A stretch of 64,000 nt of DNA from contig OX597826.1 in assembly GCA_951406725.2 (NCBI GenBank), positions 80,662,001 through 80,726,000 of the forward strand, in the 5' to 3' direction. Within the stretch, counting starts at the first letter, position 1. Every line of letters starts with the position of its first letter. Positions 12,996 to 25,907 of this stretch are shown piece after piece. This DNA is from Octopus vulgaris (taxonomy: Eukaryota). Both the position numbers and the translations under genes were made by a program. The notes below the pieces were generated by a model that worked only from the letters and a program-made list of their open reading frames with translations, was not told where the DNA came from and searched no databases.

Positions 12996-13279
12996 CATTT
13001 AAAAATTGATGTTGGTTTGTTTACATCTCCATAACTTAGCAGTTCAGCAAAAGACATCAAGAAAAGAAGTATCTGATTTTCAAAACCAAGTACTAAGATG
13101 GATTTGTTCGACTAAAATCCTTGAAGGCAGAGCCCCAGAATGGCCACAGTCCAATGACTGAAATAAGTAAAAGGCAACACATAGAAAGTGGAATAATAGT
13201 TCTTCTCTTGAATAAGAAGTGCAATGACTGAAGCAGAACACTTCAGACATAAATATGTCATTATCAGCAGACATTTTGA

Positions 13280-13316
<37 letters not shown>

Positions 13317-14670
13317 TCTCTCTCTCTCCCTCTCTCTCTCTGATAAAAGAGTCCCTCTCAAATCAGATTTCTTCCCTTCTACACACTGAAATATTTTATT
13401 CTGTCTTGCAAACTTTATGAGATTACACCATTACACCAACTCTATAATGTTCACCCAACTTGTGAGTTTGAATATTCTTTCGATGTAGAAATCATTGGAC
13501 AATGACAAATAGCATTTTACAGTTGATTTTTTTTTTATTTTTTTGTTCTGTTTTCATTACACAAAACTTCAAATGTATTTTATAATCGATAAAAGTTTTT
13601 AAGATATAAAAGCCATGAAGATTGTAAACAGGACAAATTAAGAATAACAATGAAGACAAAGACGAAAATATCTCTGGTTAGGATGATGTTTGTAAAACGA
13701 GAGTTTTTTTTTTTTTCTTCCAAAATTTCAAACAAAAGAAATTATAGTGAGGAAGCAATACTGAGAATGTAATCTATTAAAAGCTACAGTAGATTGTTCC
13801 AGGAATCTACAGGAATGATAATAATAAATTTGACTTATTAATAGATAAATCACAAGCTGCATTCAGTTAGAAATTAAACAGAAATGATTTTTAAAATCCC
13901 ATTCCCCACTGATGAACGACAAATGATAAACTTTAGGAACTTGATATCTTTTATGGTTTTTGACAGAGAAAGACTAGCAGCACCAATGGACTCTTTATTA
14001 TTACCATCAAAGTCCTGGACATTTGTCTCAAGTCTTAGGACACATAGAATTGGTTGCCTGGTTTCCGTGGTGTACAAGTGGCTGAGATTATAACATTCTC
14101 CCTGGATAGGATGCCAATCCAGCACAGGGTTACTAACTGACAGCTGATTGGATTAGAGCTGTGGGAAACGAAGTGGTTCACACAATATCACAATTTTTTC
14201 TTTTTGTTAAACTAGTTGAAGAAAAAAACAAATTTCTTTATAGCTTTGATCATGGTTTGAGTGCTTGCATTAGAATGAACTTCACTGAAGACATCCAAGA
14301 CAACGAAGTTAAAATCAGCTGACAATTTACCACTCATTAACAGATGTGGGTCAAGCTTCTCTATAGTTTTCAACAACCAAAACACTTGCCCAAGGTACTG
14401 TGTAATTGGATCAAACTCAAAACCATGTGATTGCAAAGCAAACTTCTTTCCTATTTCATGCTACTATGAAGCCAATAATAAATTTAGAAATATTTCTTTC
14501 CATGAAAACCAAGTGACAGACACAAAGATGACACCTTACAGATGACTGTAAAATAAAATGCAACATTTTCTTTTATATACTTCATTCTCATAATAATAAT
14601 ATTTAAACATCTACTTTTGCTACTTTTTTAAGCTGGCAGCATTCCTTAAGGCAATATGTCCCAAACCAAA

Positions 14671-14882
14671 GGTGGTGAGCTGGCAGAAACGTTAGTATGC
14701 CGGGCAAAATGCATAGCGGTATTTCGTCTGTCTTTACATCCTGAGTTCAAATTCCGCCAAGGTCAACTTTGCCTTTCATCCTTTTGGGGTCGATAAATTA
14801 AGTACCAGTTGTGTAGTAGGGTCGATCTAATTGACTGGGCCCCTCCCCAATAATTTCGGGTCTTGTGCCTAGAGTAGAAAAG
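14671..14882 (+). mobile_element. Family A SINE, alternative-tail subfamily
   Basis: Same head and core, tail cttgtgcctagagtagaaaag. 17-bp TSD aatatgtcccaa(a/g)ccaa. Confidence 0.92.
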
Positions 14883-15441
14883 AATATGTCCCAAGCCAAT
14901 AGCAAACTACAGAGGTATGAGAACGTTCTGGATATAGCAGGCAAAACAAAGAGCTCAGAAACAAACTGAGGATGCATTTGTTTCCCTTTAACCAGAATTC
15001 AAAGCCCTTACCAGGCTTCACCAATGTTAATTAGGTTAATGATTATACACATTTCATAAAACTTTAGCATTTAAACTGGCCATACCTAACCCTACTATTC
15101 TATTTGTTCTATGATAAAACTAGCTGGATCCAGCCTCTCACATCTCTCCGACAATATCTTTCTAAAAAGAAACAATCACATCATCAAAATCTCAAAGCTG
15201 TTGGATAATGCACAATTAACTCAAAGCAATGTGAATAAATAAAGGGTTAAAAAACATGTAAACGAAAACAAAATTATCATAAGGTCTTTTTCTCTTAACT
15301 CAGCCACCAAACTAATTTAGAAGACACTTGATTAACTTTTTCACACTCTCAGCTGCTAGTATCTCCGCACCTAAAAATTAACAATTAACCCTCAGAAGGA
15401 GGTGCGTCGGTGTCACCAATAGAAAGAGAGAGCATATAGTG

Positions 15442-15475
<34 letters not shown>

Positions 15476-16654
15476 CAGTTAATATTTTCCAACATGATAA
15501 ATTAATAAAGAATGCCAAGCTAACAGCCAGACTGCCTCAAAATCCCATGACACAAATTCACTGTTTTAAAGTAGTCTCAATTAAAACCGTCCATCAAAAT
15601 TTCATGATACGTTCCTAACACCAGATTAATAATGTTTCTGAGCAATTAAAGTTAGTTATTTACACACACACACACACACATTGGTTCAAAATATAAACAA
15701 AAGCTGCTTATTTTAACAGAAATATGGTAGCAAAAACGTTAGAAACTTCTTTTGAATGACATCATTTTTTACAATTAAGCTAAATTCGCATGCATAAATT
15801 CATACACACAAATATACCAATCACACACACACCACATGTAGGGTTAGGGTGTGTGGCTACCAATTTCACTCAGAAGGCGTTAATGTGCCCAAGGTCATAG
15901 TAGACAAGCCCAAGGTACTGCACAGTAGGATAGAACCTGAAAGCATATAGACAGCCTTGCCTATAAAATCCTAACCCTAACCCAGCCATGCCAGCACTTG
16001 TGAAATCTGTATCAATGCAGTTAGAATAACAGTCAAAAATGATTGGAAGATAAATATCAATTTGCTACTGACCATTAAAATGGATGTGACTAGTGAATGC
16101 ATTAGTTGAATGGAAAGATTAGAAAAAGAGGATGGTAATTCTATTGAAAGAGACAGAGCATGCCATGTGCGTGTGTGATATGACAGGACAGTTAATATTT
16201 TCCAACATGGTAAATTAATAAAGAACGCCAAGCTAACTGCCAGATCAGGTTTACTTTAATAACCAGATCAGTAAACAGCAATTAAAGACATGGAGTTGAG
16301 AGTCTAGTGAAGAATTCAGTTAGAATTACCAATACACCATATCGTTTGACAGTATTCGGAAAACATTCTCTTACGACTAATATGAAACTGAAAGTTAATA
16401 AACATTCTCGCAAGCAGGAAATGCGATAGGTCAAATAAGAGGATAATTAGTCACATGGGTAATCAGATTATATGTATGGTATTATCTGTTATTGCTGTCA
16501 TGGCAGTTGGACTGTCAACCATAGTTATAAGGGAGTAAATTTAGTAGATAAATATAAGCAGTGGTGGGGTACTGATCAAGGAAATGAAGGAAGATTATCT
16601 TCAGAGTTTTGACTGGTAAGTCCTGTAATAAATACAATACACAGGGTGAATATA

Positions 16655-17874
16655 TCAGGTCATTAAGAATGAAGTGTCCGGGTTTTGTTGTGCACCAAGT
16701 TTGACAGTCATTAATTCTGTTTTATCCTGACAATTCTTTGTTTCACAGCATTGAAGAGTTACATCACTTTTTGAAATGCAATTCATAGTGTCTGATTATA
16801 TTGTAGGTTTTCTCTAGTAAATCAATTTTTGTGAACCCATGGATAGATCAAAAATCCGTGGTGCTTATGAATGTGAGTTCTGCCATGGGACCAATGCAGC
16901 CCAGACAGCTCGAAACATAAATGAGGTGTTTGGTGAAGATGTGGTGAATGAGTGCACTGTACGTCAATGGCTTGAGAAGTTCCTGTCTGGTGACTTTACT
17001 CCTGAAAATCAGCCCCATGGTAGACCTGAGACCAAGATGGATAATGATGAGCTGGAAACTGTAGTGGAAGCAGATACACCTCAAACTACGTGTGAGTTAG
17101 CAGCAAGGTTTGATGTTTCAATTCCAACAGTATTGGACCAACTGAAACAAATCAACAAGGTAAAGAAGCTGGACAAGTGGATACCACATGAACTGAATAA
17201 GCATCGAATGACACATCGTCTTGAAACTTGCTGTTCTTTGCTGTCATGACATAAAAGGGAACCATTTTTGCATTGTATTGTTACATGTGATGAAAACTGG
17301 ATTCTTTTCAACAATAATAAGTGTTCTGTTTGTGGTTGGATAGAGACAAAGTGCCAAACACAATCCAAAAAAGAATATTCACCAAAAAATGACAGTGAGA
17401 CCCGGTAAGTCTATGAGACCTGGTAAATCAATTAGAGTAGATGCATACAATAACCAGTTTGATGATATGATGAGTGAACTTGCAATAAAACAACCGAGAC
17501 TGGTCAATAGAGACAGGCCAATTCTCGACCACATGTTGCACGAAGAACGCTACTCAAGTTACAGGAACTGAACTTGGAAGTACTCTGTCATCGACCATAT
17601 TCACCAACTGACTATTACGTTTTCCTGGCATCAGACAACTTTTTGCAAGGAAAAACCTTCAAATCTGAAGAAGATGCAAAAACAGCCTTTCGTGATTTCA
17701 TCACCTCTTGCTCTCCAGAATTCTTCGCTGCCAGCATAGATAAGCTACCGATAAAATAGTAAAATTGTGTTGATAGTTTAGGTGCATACCTTGATTAACT
17801 GCACTGCTTTTTGTTGAGATAAAGTAAAAGAAACTTTCAGTTCAAAATCAGACATTTCATTCTTAATGACCTGA
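16655..17874 (+). mobile_element. Full-length but inactivated mariner DNA transposon (cecropia/Hsmar1-like)
   Basis: ~30-bp TIRs tcaggtcattaagaatgaa(g/a)tgtc at both ends with flanking TA. Transposase pieces at 16839-17759 include the HTH, WIPHEL, VTCDENW and HRPYSP-TDY motifs. Premature TGA at 17247-17249, plus frameshifts and deletions. Confidence 0.95.
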
Positions 17875-18995
17875 TAAATATAAACTGTGGCTGAAGTATA
17901 GAAGAAGTCAACACATTTTGGATGGTGAAATTCAGAAACTGAAAAATTTGTGAAGGCCTGTTGTCAGAAGAGTTTGGTTAACATCAAATCGTTGTATTAA
18001 AGAAGCTGGAATTTAGGACCTTGCCCCTTGTCTAAAAGTGAATAAGAGTAAACAATGATGTCACCCAGTCCAAATGACAATGCTCTCTCTCTCTCTCTTT
18101 AGATTCTATACTCTTCCCAGAATTGATGCAAATGAAACTAGGAACTGTCCTATTAGTGAGGATTGGTTTAACAGTAAACTGTCACTTAAAAAAAAAAACT
18201 ACAGACAAAAGAGGTTTGTTAAAACTATTCTACAAAGCCAACCAATGACCAGAGTGTATTCATATTGTTTGTTATTAAGGTTATAAATAAGAGGGCCAAT
18301 CTTATAAATAAATAAAATTAGATTTCTAGAACATTCGCCTAAAAAGTGAAACAATATTTACAGTGAGATTTTATTTGATGACAAGAACCAGTCGTTAAGC
18401 TGATTAACTGAGAAGAGACAAAATGCTTGGTAATTAAATGTTCTTTCTCATTTTTTTTGCTCAACAATAAGAGAAAAATAAAAGCCAGTTAGTTTTAAAA
18501 GCTTAACTTCATCCTATTGTCTGATCGGAAACTTTTCACCTTTGCTCAATTAAAATCATCATCATTATCACAAACTACAGAATGAGTCAACTGTTCAAAT
18601 GCTTTTGAACAATTAAACTTATTTATACACACACACATATGCAGAGATCATGTACTGACCCAGATGTTGTACTAAACAGGTCAAAAAAGAAAGTTCATCT
18701 GAATACAAGTATGAAATGTATTTTTGTAAGCAATCTAATTAATGAAGATTCTTCACAAGCAATTCTAGACAAAACAGAGTCCATAGAATGAAGGGATAAC
18801 AAATATGGCTGACGGAAAATAGTGTAAAATAATTAACAAAGAAAATAATAATAAATCTATAGAGATACAAAATAAAAATGTGGTAATAAGGGGGATAAAA
18901 ACTGAGAAATCAAAACTTAAACCGGAATTTTTAAAGAAGACATTACTTCCCCAAAAGTTGTTAAAATTTATGAAAAAATTTGCTTGAAATGTTGG

Positions 18996-19200
18996 GCCAG
19001 TACCATATATAAAGCATCCATGCCGGTTCCACATATAAAGTACCCATGCCGGTTCCACATATAAAGTACCCATGCCGGTTCCACATATAAAGTACCCATG
19101 CTGGTTCCACATATAAAGCATCCGTGCCGGTGCCACGTATAAAGCAGCTGTGCTGGTGCCACATACGAAGCACTCATGCTGGTGCCATGTAAAAAGCACC
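18996..19200 (+). repeat. Minisatellite, about 7-8 x 26 bp (atgccggttccacatataaagtaccc), inside an RTE-tail copy
   Basis: Tandem units that grade into the family B core. Confidence 0.9.
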
Positions 19201-22200
19201 CAAGCTGGTATCAGGAAGGGCATCCTAACTGTAGAAACCATGCCAAAACAGACAACTGGATCATGCTGCAGCACTCTGGCCTGCCAGTTCCTGTCAACCC
19301 ATCCAACCCATCCTAGCACGGAAAACAGATGTTTGATGATGATGATAGAGTTGGAAGCTACATATCACAAAAGCCCTCTTCAGCTCTGAGGAAACACTTC
19401 AGATGCAGTAATCACTATGCACTCATTGCACTTGTTAGAAACTCCTTCTTAATAAATGTTTTTTTTAAATTTTAAATCAACAATATAGTCCTGGATATAC
19501 AAATAGTTAGGATGGTCAGAGTTGGAAGATCTATCCATAACAAGTCATGCTTGATCAGGACTGAGAGAGAGGTTAACAACAGCAACAGTTGTTGCAATTC
19601 AACAAAATGCCTAGGTTCACCAGTAACGAACTGTCCAGTACATGGTTCTCAGCTGGGGTCCATGTGACCCTTAGCAATCCATGTATGACTGTCTTAAAAT
19701 TTATCTGCAATAAAGTGGTTTTACTTCTACAAGAGACAAAATGTTTTAACAATCGTTTTTTATACAATTCCTAATAATATTTAATAATGAAAAAATATAA
19801 TGGATTTTTTTTTTTTTTTGAAGATGAAATAGCTACGAGTGTCCAATAGAATGAAACAGGAATCAAAGTGGTCCATAGATGAAAACAAAAATGGTTGAGA
19901 ACCACTGGTCTAAAAGATATAGCAGTTAACAATACTGTTAGTAACACAGCTCCCGTACAGTTATGCAGAGAAATTTTCACAAAAGGGAGCATAGTTTCTC
20001 AAAATGCATATTGTGTGTGTGTGATGGTAGATTGGTAAAATGACAGCTGGCTTAAACCATCCACCCTTCAAACTCCTTTATGTAAGCCATGAAAGCCATC
20101 ACTCCCCATTTCTCCATTTACTTTTTCTACTCGTTTCAGTCAGTTAAACATGACCAGGCTTAGACAGCTGTTTCGAGGAACTTTTAATTCTGATTGATTC
20201 CGCTGAACCCAGTTCCTTGTCTCTTGTGCCTGGAGGAGGGCAAGAGTAAAGACAACCAGACAGCAAATACAACAGGACTTGATATACTAAGGTAGTTGAA
20301 TTCAATACACTGACTTTTTTTAGCCAACCACTGATCACACACACACACACACACACACAGTGTACATATTCTAATTTTATTAATGGTGATCTCAGTGTTT
20401 CAACAGGTATATGGCATAGTCAAACTAAATGACCAAGTGCAACTTCGAAGTCACTGTCAATAAAATTATGATAAATGTTAGACTCTTCCCGTGAATTGAT
20501 TCTGTTATTCAGTCAATGTTCATTGATTTTATGCATATAAAATGTGTGTGCATGTGTTTCTATGTACACACACCCAACACGTTTCAAACAAATTTCCATG
20601 TACCGAAACTCACACACTGTTGGTGAACCCAAAGCTAAAACAGAAGACAATCTCAGACCATTTTGTGGGGAAACAGTTCTTAACTACACAGCCATGCCCA
20701 CATCTGTTGCTTTGATAAAATGAGAATGTATATATGGATTTGTGTACATATGTAAATATAAAGCCTTATCCCTTTACACTTTTTAAACTTTGAATATTAA
20801 AATTTGGAAAACTTATGGTGAGGTGTAGAGAAAATACAGCTGCAAGATGTTTCAATATTCTGGCACATAAAAAGTACCTTTCAAGCATAGTTGATGCCAG
20901 TACCACTTGACTGAATCCCGTGCCAGTGGCACATAAAAAAAAAAAAAACCACTCACTGTGCTCTCAGAGTGGTTGGCATTAGGAAAGGCATCCAGCTGTA
21001 GAAACCTTGCCAGATCAGAATGGAGCTTGGTGCAGCCTCCCAGTCTTCAGTCAAACCATCCAACCCATGCTAGCATGGAAAGTGGATGTTAAATGCCAAC
21101 GACGATGACGATTCATTAGCACCCCAAACAAATGCTTAGCAATATTTCATCAATTTACGCATTCTGAGTTCAAACTCCAAGGTCAATTTTGACTTTCATC
21201 CTTTCAGGGTTGATAAAATAAATACCAGCCAAGCAATAGGGTCGATGTAAACGACTTTCCCTCTCCCACGAACTTGCTGGCCTTGTGCCAAAATTCGAAA
21301 CCAATATTCTGGTTGAGTTGCTGGGTGAGTCAGTTTAGTCAGATGCTAAACATGACTACCAAAAAACCAGTCAATTTCTATTGATTATTTCAGGACACTA
21401 CATCAGCCAGTGGATGTGTTTATGAATTTATAAACAAGAGCAATGTAACAACCGCTTGTATAGATGTTAGCTTATTCAGTCACAATTGATATCTGCTGTT
21501 GTTTGTGCAAGGACAAAACATTAAAAACAGATCAGGGACAATTTAAAAAGGCAGTTATACAGAAAATGAGTATTTTGAATTCATTATCCAGTGAAAAAAT
21601 ATTCTCACATTGTAAACTTATTTATTTATGATGCACAAAGAGGAGGAAATTTATGAAAGATAAATATTGTAATTATATTTTTTCCATTTAAAAAAAAAAA
21701 TAAGAAACAGTTGAGTAAATACGAAATCATCATCATTGCTTTCACATTTATTTTCCATGGTGATCTAGATGGGACAGCAAAGTGCTTCATCGGGTTCATA
21801 AGGCCCCATTAATCTCAGGTGCAAGTCCCCAGGTCTTCCACCACATGCATCTCCATCAAAAGTCAGCATTCAGTTTTTCTTCCCCCACCTTAAACAAACA
21901 TCATTCATTTGCCTGATACAACATGTCCGTATTGGCACAGATCACAATATCTAGTTTTTATGCTCAACAGAACTAAGCTCCAAACCCACAGTAGATGAAA
22001 ATTGTTTGTATATGGGGTGCGGGTATAGGTGTGTGATAGGATGAGGATGTATGTATGTATATATATATACACATACATATACATATATAAATATGTATAT
22101 ATGTGTATGCGGGAGTGTGAATGTATATATACATACATATATAGTGTATATATATGTGTATATTTGTGTGTGTGAGTGTGTGTGTATTTATATGTATAAA

Positions 22201-22722
22201 TGTCTAAATAGACAAGAAGAAAATGGAGGAAAAATAACAAACAGAAGTGTGTTTTGTGCTAGCAAGCCATTATTTAATTAGTAAATAAAGGTGAGAGAGT
22301 GAGAGTGAAGTTGTTTACGATCGTTTCTGTTTACGATGGTGAGGAAAATATATATTTATATATTTGCCTGGTTGTCAATGGTAGACATCGACAGAACGAA
22401 GAAGTCAGGTGGAGAGAAGAAGAGTGGAAGATCAATGGTTACATCGGAAAAGAGAAGATGAAAGATTGGAGTGTCTTACATTCTGGTTGGGTTCACACTT
22501 TGTTAAGTCTGTTGTGAGGTGGATGAAGAATATAAGTTAGTTGGACTTGTGGTCTCATGGTTATTCAGTGGCATGTCTTGCACGTGCCTGTGACTTCTGG
22601 GGGTTCACCAGCAGTGCAATGTAAAGGAGTTAAATGTCTAAATATATATGTATTATGTTATGTGTATGCATGCAAACACCTATGTGTGTATGAAGTGAAG
22701 TTGCGTACACACACACACACAC

Positions 22723-22772
<50 letters not shown>

Positions 22773-23354
22773 TGTGTACATGTGGATATCTGTGTATATA
22801 CGAGTATGTTCATGCACATATATGTATGTGTATGTACGTATACATGTTTGTGTGAGTTTTTATGTATGTAGACATTATGAACGCAGGAGGTTTATGTCTA
22901 TGTATTGTGAGAATATAGTTGTGTGTATTTTTCATCATTTTTTCTTTTTCTACCTATCAGAGTAACTTCTCTTTTATTCAATGGGTTTTCATAGCATCTA
23001 TTGCCATTAATAACCAATGAGAATGCATTGTAGGTCTTCACTCCAACATTCGAAACTCCAAGTACTATAATGACAACTTACTGTCTGTCTGTGCAAGGAC
23101 AAAACATTAAAAACAGATCAGGGACAATTAAAAAAAGGCAGTTATATAGAAAATGAGTATTTTGAATTCATTATCCAAAGAAAAAATATACTCGCATTGT
23201 AAACTTATTTATGATGCATGGCATTAGGAAGGGCATCCAGCTGTAAAAACTCTGCCAGATCAGATTGAGCCTGGTGCAGCCTTCTAGCTCACCAGTCCTC
23301 AATCAAACCGTCCAACCCATGCTAGCATGGAAAGCAGACATTAAACGATGACAA

Positions 23355-23413
<59 letters not shown>

Positions 23414-23653
23414 TAGAGAGAGAGGGTAGATATACAGACAGAGAGGTTGATTTCATTCTTAAGAACATGATAGTATTAAATCTACTCTCTGACTCAAAGA
23501 ATGTGCATTGTCCATTTGAATGGAAAATTTCTATAGGTGGCTGAAGATTGCTCGACATTTTAAAACAGATGTAATGCTTACAGTGTTTAATAAAATGAAG
23601 TAGCATGAAACGATCGTACCACATTACCTTGGATATACTTGTTGCATATTTTG

Positions 23654-23687
<34 letters not shown>

Positions 23688-23862
23688 CACATAAAATCAC
23701 CCACTACACTCTCGGAGTGGTTGGCGTTAGGAAGGGCATCCAGCTGTAGAAACACTGCCAGATCTGACTGGCCTGGTGTAGCCTTCGGGCTTGCCAGACC
23801 CCAGTTGAACCGTCCAACCCATGCTAGCATGGAAAGCAGACGTTAAACGATGATGATGATGA

Positions 23863-23910
<48 letters not shown>

Positions 23911-25608
23911 GGCCTCAAAGAAGGGATGATAAGTGACTCAGACTTCTGGTTGTTTGCAGTGCTTGAGAAGTCACATCAAGCTAAATAAAATTGTGGGTGT
24001 TCTTGCATACAGGAATGCCCCCAACATCCCTCTTCAGCTGAGTGACCCTCATCTCGCAGGCTTGTGGGTGCTTGTACCACATAAAAGGTACACATGCTGG
24101 TGTCACATAAAAGCCCCCAGTACACTGTGTAAAGTGGTTGGCATTAGGAAGGGCATCCAGTCTGATAGGAAATATGTCAAACCAGATGTGGAGACTGGGC
24201 AGCTGACCAGCTCCAGTCAAACCAACCAATCCATGCCAGCATGGAGAGTGGACGTTAAATGACAAGGATATATATAAATATATATATATATATAACGAAG
24301 GCTGTGTGGTAAGAAGTTTGTCTTCTATTATAGTATCAGGCTAACCAAAGCCTTGTGAGTGGATTTGGTAAACAGAAACTGAAAGAAGCCTGGTGTGTGT
24401 GTATGTGTGTGAGTACATATACATGCACATAACACTTGCCCAAGGTGCCATGCAGTGGGGCTAAATCTGGAAACGTGGTTGGAAAGTAAACTTCTCACCA
24501 CACAGCCATGCCTCTGTCTGTCTGTCCTCCCCCCCACCACCACCACCACCTTACAACTGGTGTTAGTGTGTTTACATCCCTATGACTTTAAAGCCTGATA
24601 TAAGGATCAGACTTTTTAAAAAATAAGTATCGGGGTCACTAAAATTCTTCAAGGTGGTGCCCCAGCATGGCCACAATCTAGTGAATGGAACATGTAGAAA
24701 TTAAAAGGTTTATCCCCAGGTTGGGATCCATGCAAATGAGTACTAGTAAATCAACTTACACTCCTGGAAAAGGTTATTGGATCTTGGAATATTTTTTTTT
24801 TCTTTTAAATGGCTTTTTGTATTGGTACAAAATGAAGTAACCGGAACTTTCATTTAATATTCACTTGCAGTTGTTTTCTAACCTTAAATTCTCGTTATAT
24901 CAATAAAATTAATACAGTATTAATTTTATTGACCAAATGAGAAATTGACTTCAGGTTTGAAAACAATTGCGTGTAACTTTTTTTATATGGAAAATCCAAT
25001 TTCATTCATCTGATTAGGTCAGTAAAATAAATATAGCATTAATTTTATTGACCCAAGTGAGATGAATTGTCTAATTTATTTTGGTAAAGTTTGAACACAG
25101 AATTGCAAGTATGAACATGAATATGCAATAGTGAAAGCAACAAAGAAAATATAAATTGCTAACAAATGTGTGAAAGAAAATATTGATACAGTCAACACAA
25201 GTGGATTTTAACCTAGATTTAATTACTGGAAGAAAATTGATTGTATTTCTGTAATAATTTCTTGAAACAATTTTTTTTTTTTAAGTCAGCATTTTTGTGG
25301 TTAAGAAGTTCACTTCAGAACCATGTGACTCCAAGTTCAATCCCACTGCACTGCACCTTAGGCAAGTGCAAGTGTCATCTACAAATGCTTTAAGCCTTCC
25401 TGGAAATGAAATTCGGTTGATGGCAATTATATGGACACCTCTTCCCAGAGGTAAGAAAAGGTTTTGCAAAGGACCAAAACCCCTACCAAGAAAAAACAGC
25501 CAAGTAACAGAAACAAAGATGACAATTCAAAACCAATTATATGCGGGACAAGGACATCTTACAATCCAGACTTGAGAACAGTGAAGGAAAGTCATCAATG
25601 GTCTATAG

Positions 25609-25907
25609 CATGTGTTCCCAAAGTGGGCACTACATCCCCCTGGAGGACACTGGTGCCTAAGAGGGTGGTGGGGGACAGTAGAATAAAAGGAGGCATTGGG
25701 AGGAAGGCAGTGGATTGGGGGACGTTATGAATTTATTATATTATTATTATTATAGTATTGTATACAAATAATATAATATTATATCAAATATCAAATGATT
25801 CATAGCACATATAAATCAGTAGAATATAAAATATTTATTCATACATAAAAATAGGAGTGGGGGCACTGAGGCGGGGCACAGTGGCCCAAAACGTCTGTGA
25901 ACCTCTG
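25609..25907. mobile_element. hAT (Charlie-like) MITE
   Basis: Imperfect termini catgtgttcccaaa / tgtgaacctctg. 8-bp TSD (g/t)tctatag. Confidence 0.7.

Noticed and set aside
18780-18990. Lys/Asn-rich coding-like stretch (KNVVIRGIK), possibly a LINE ORF1 relic
   Set aside because: It has an in-frame stop, A-rich composition and only one weak motif.
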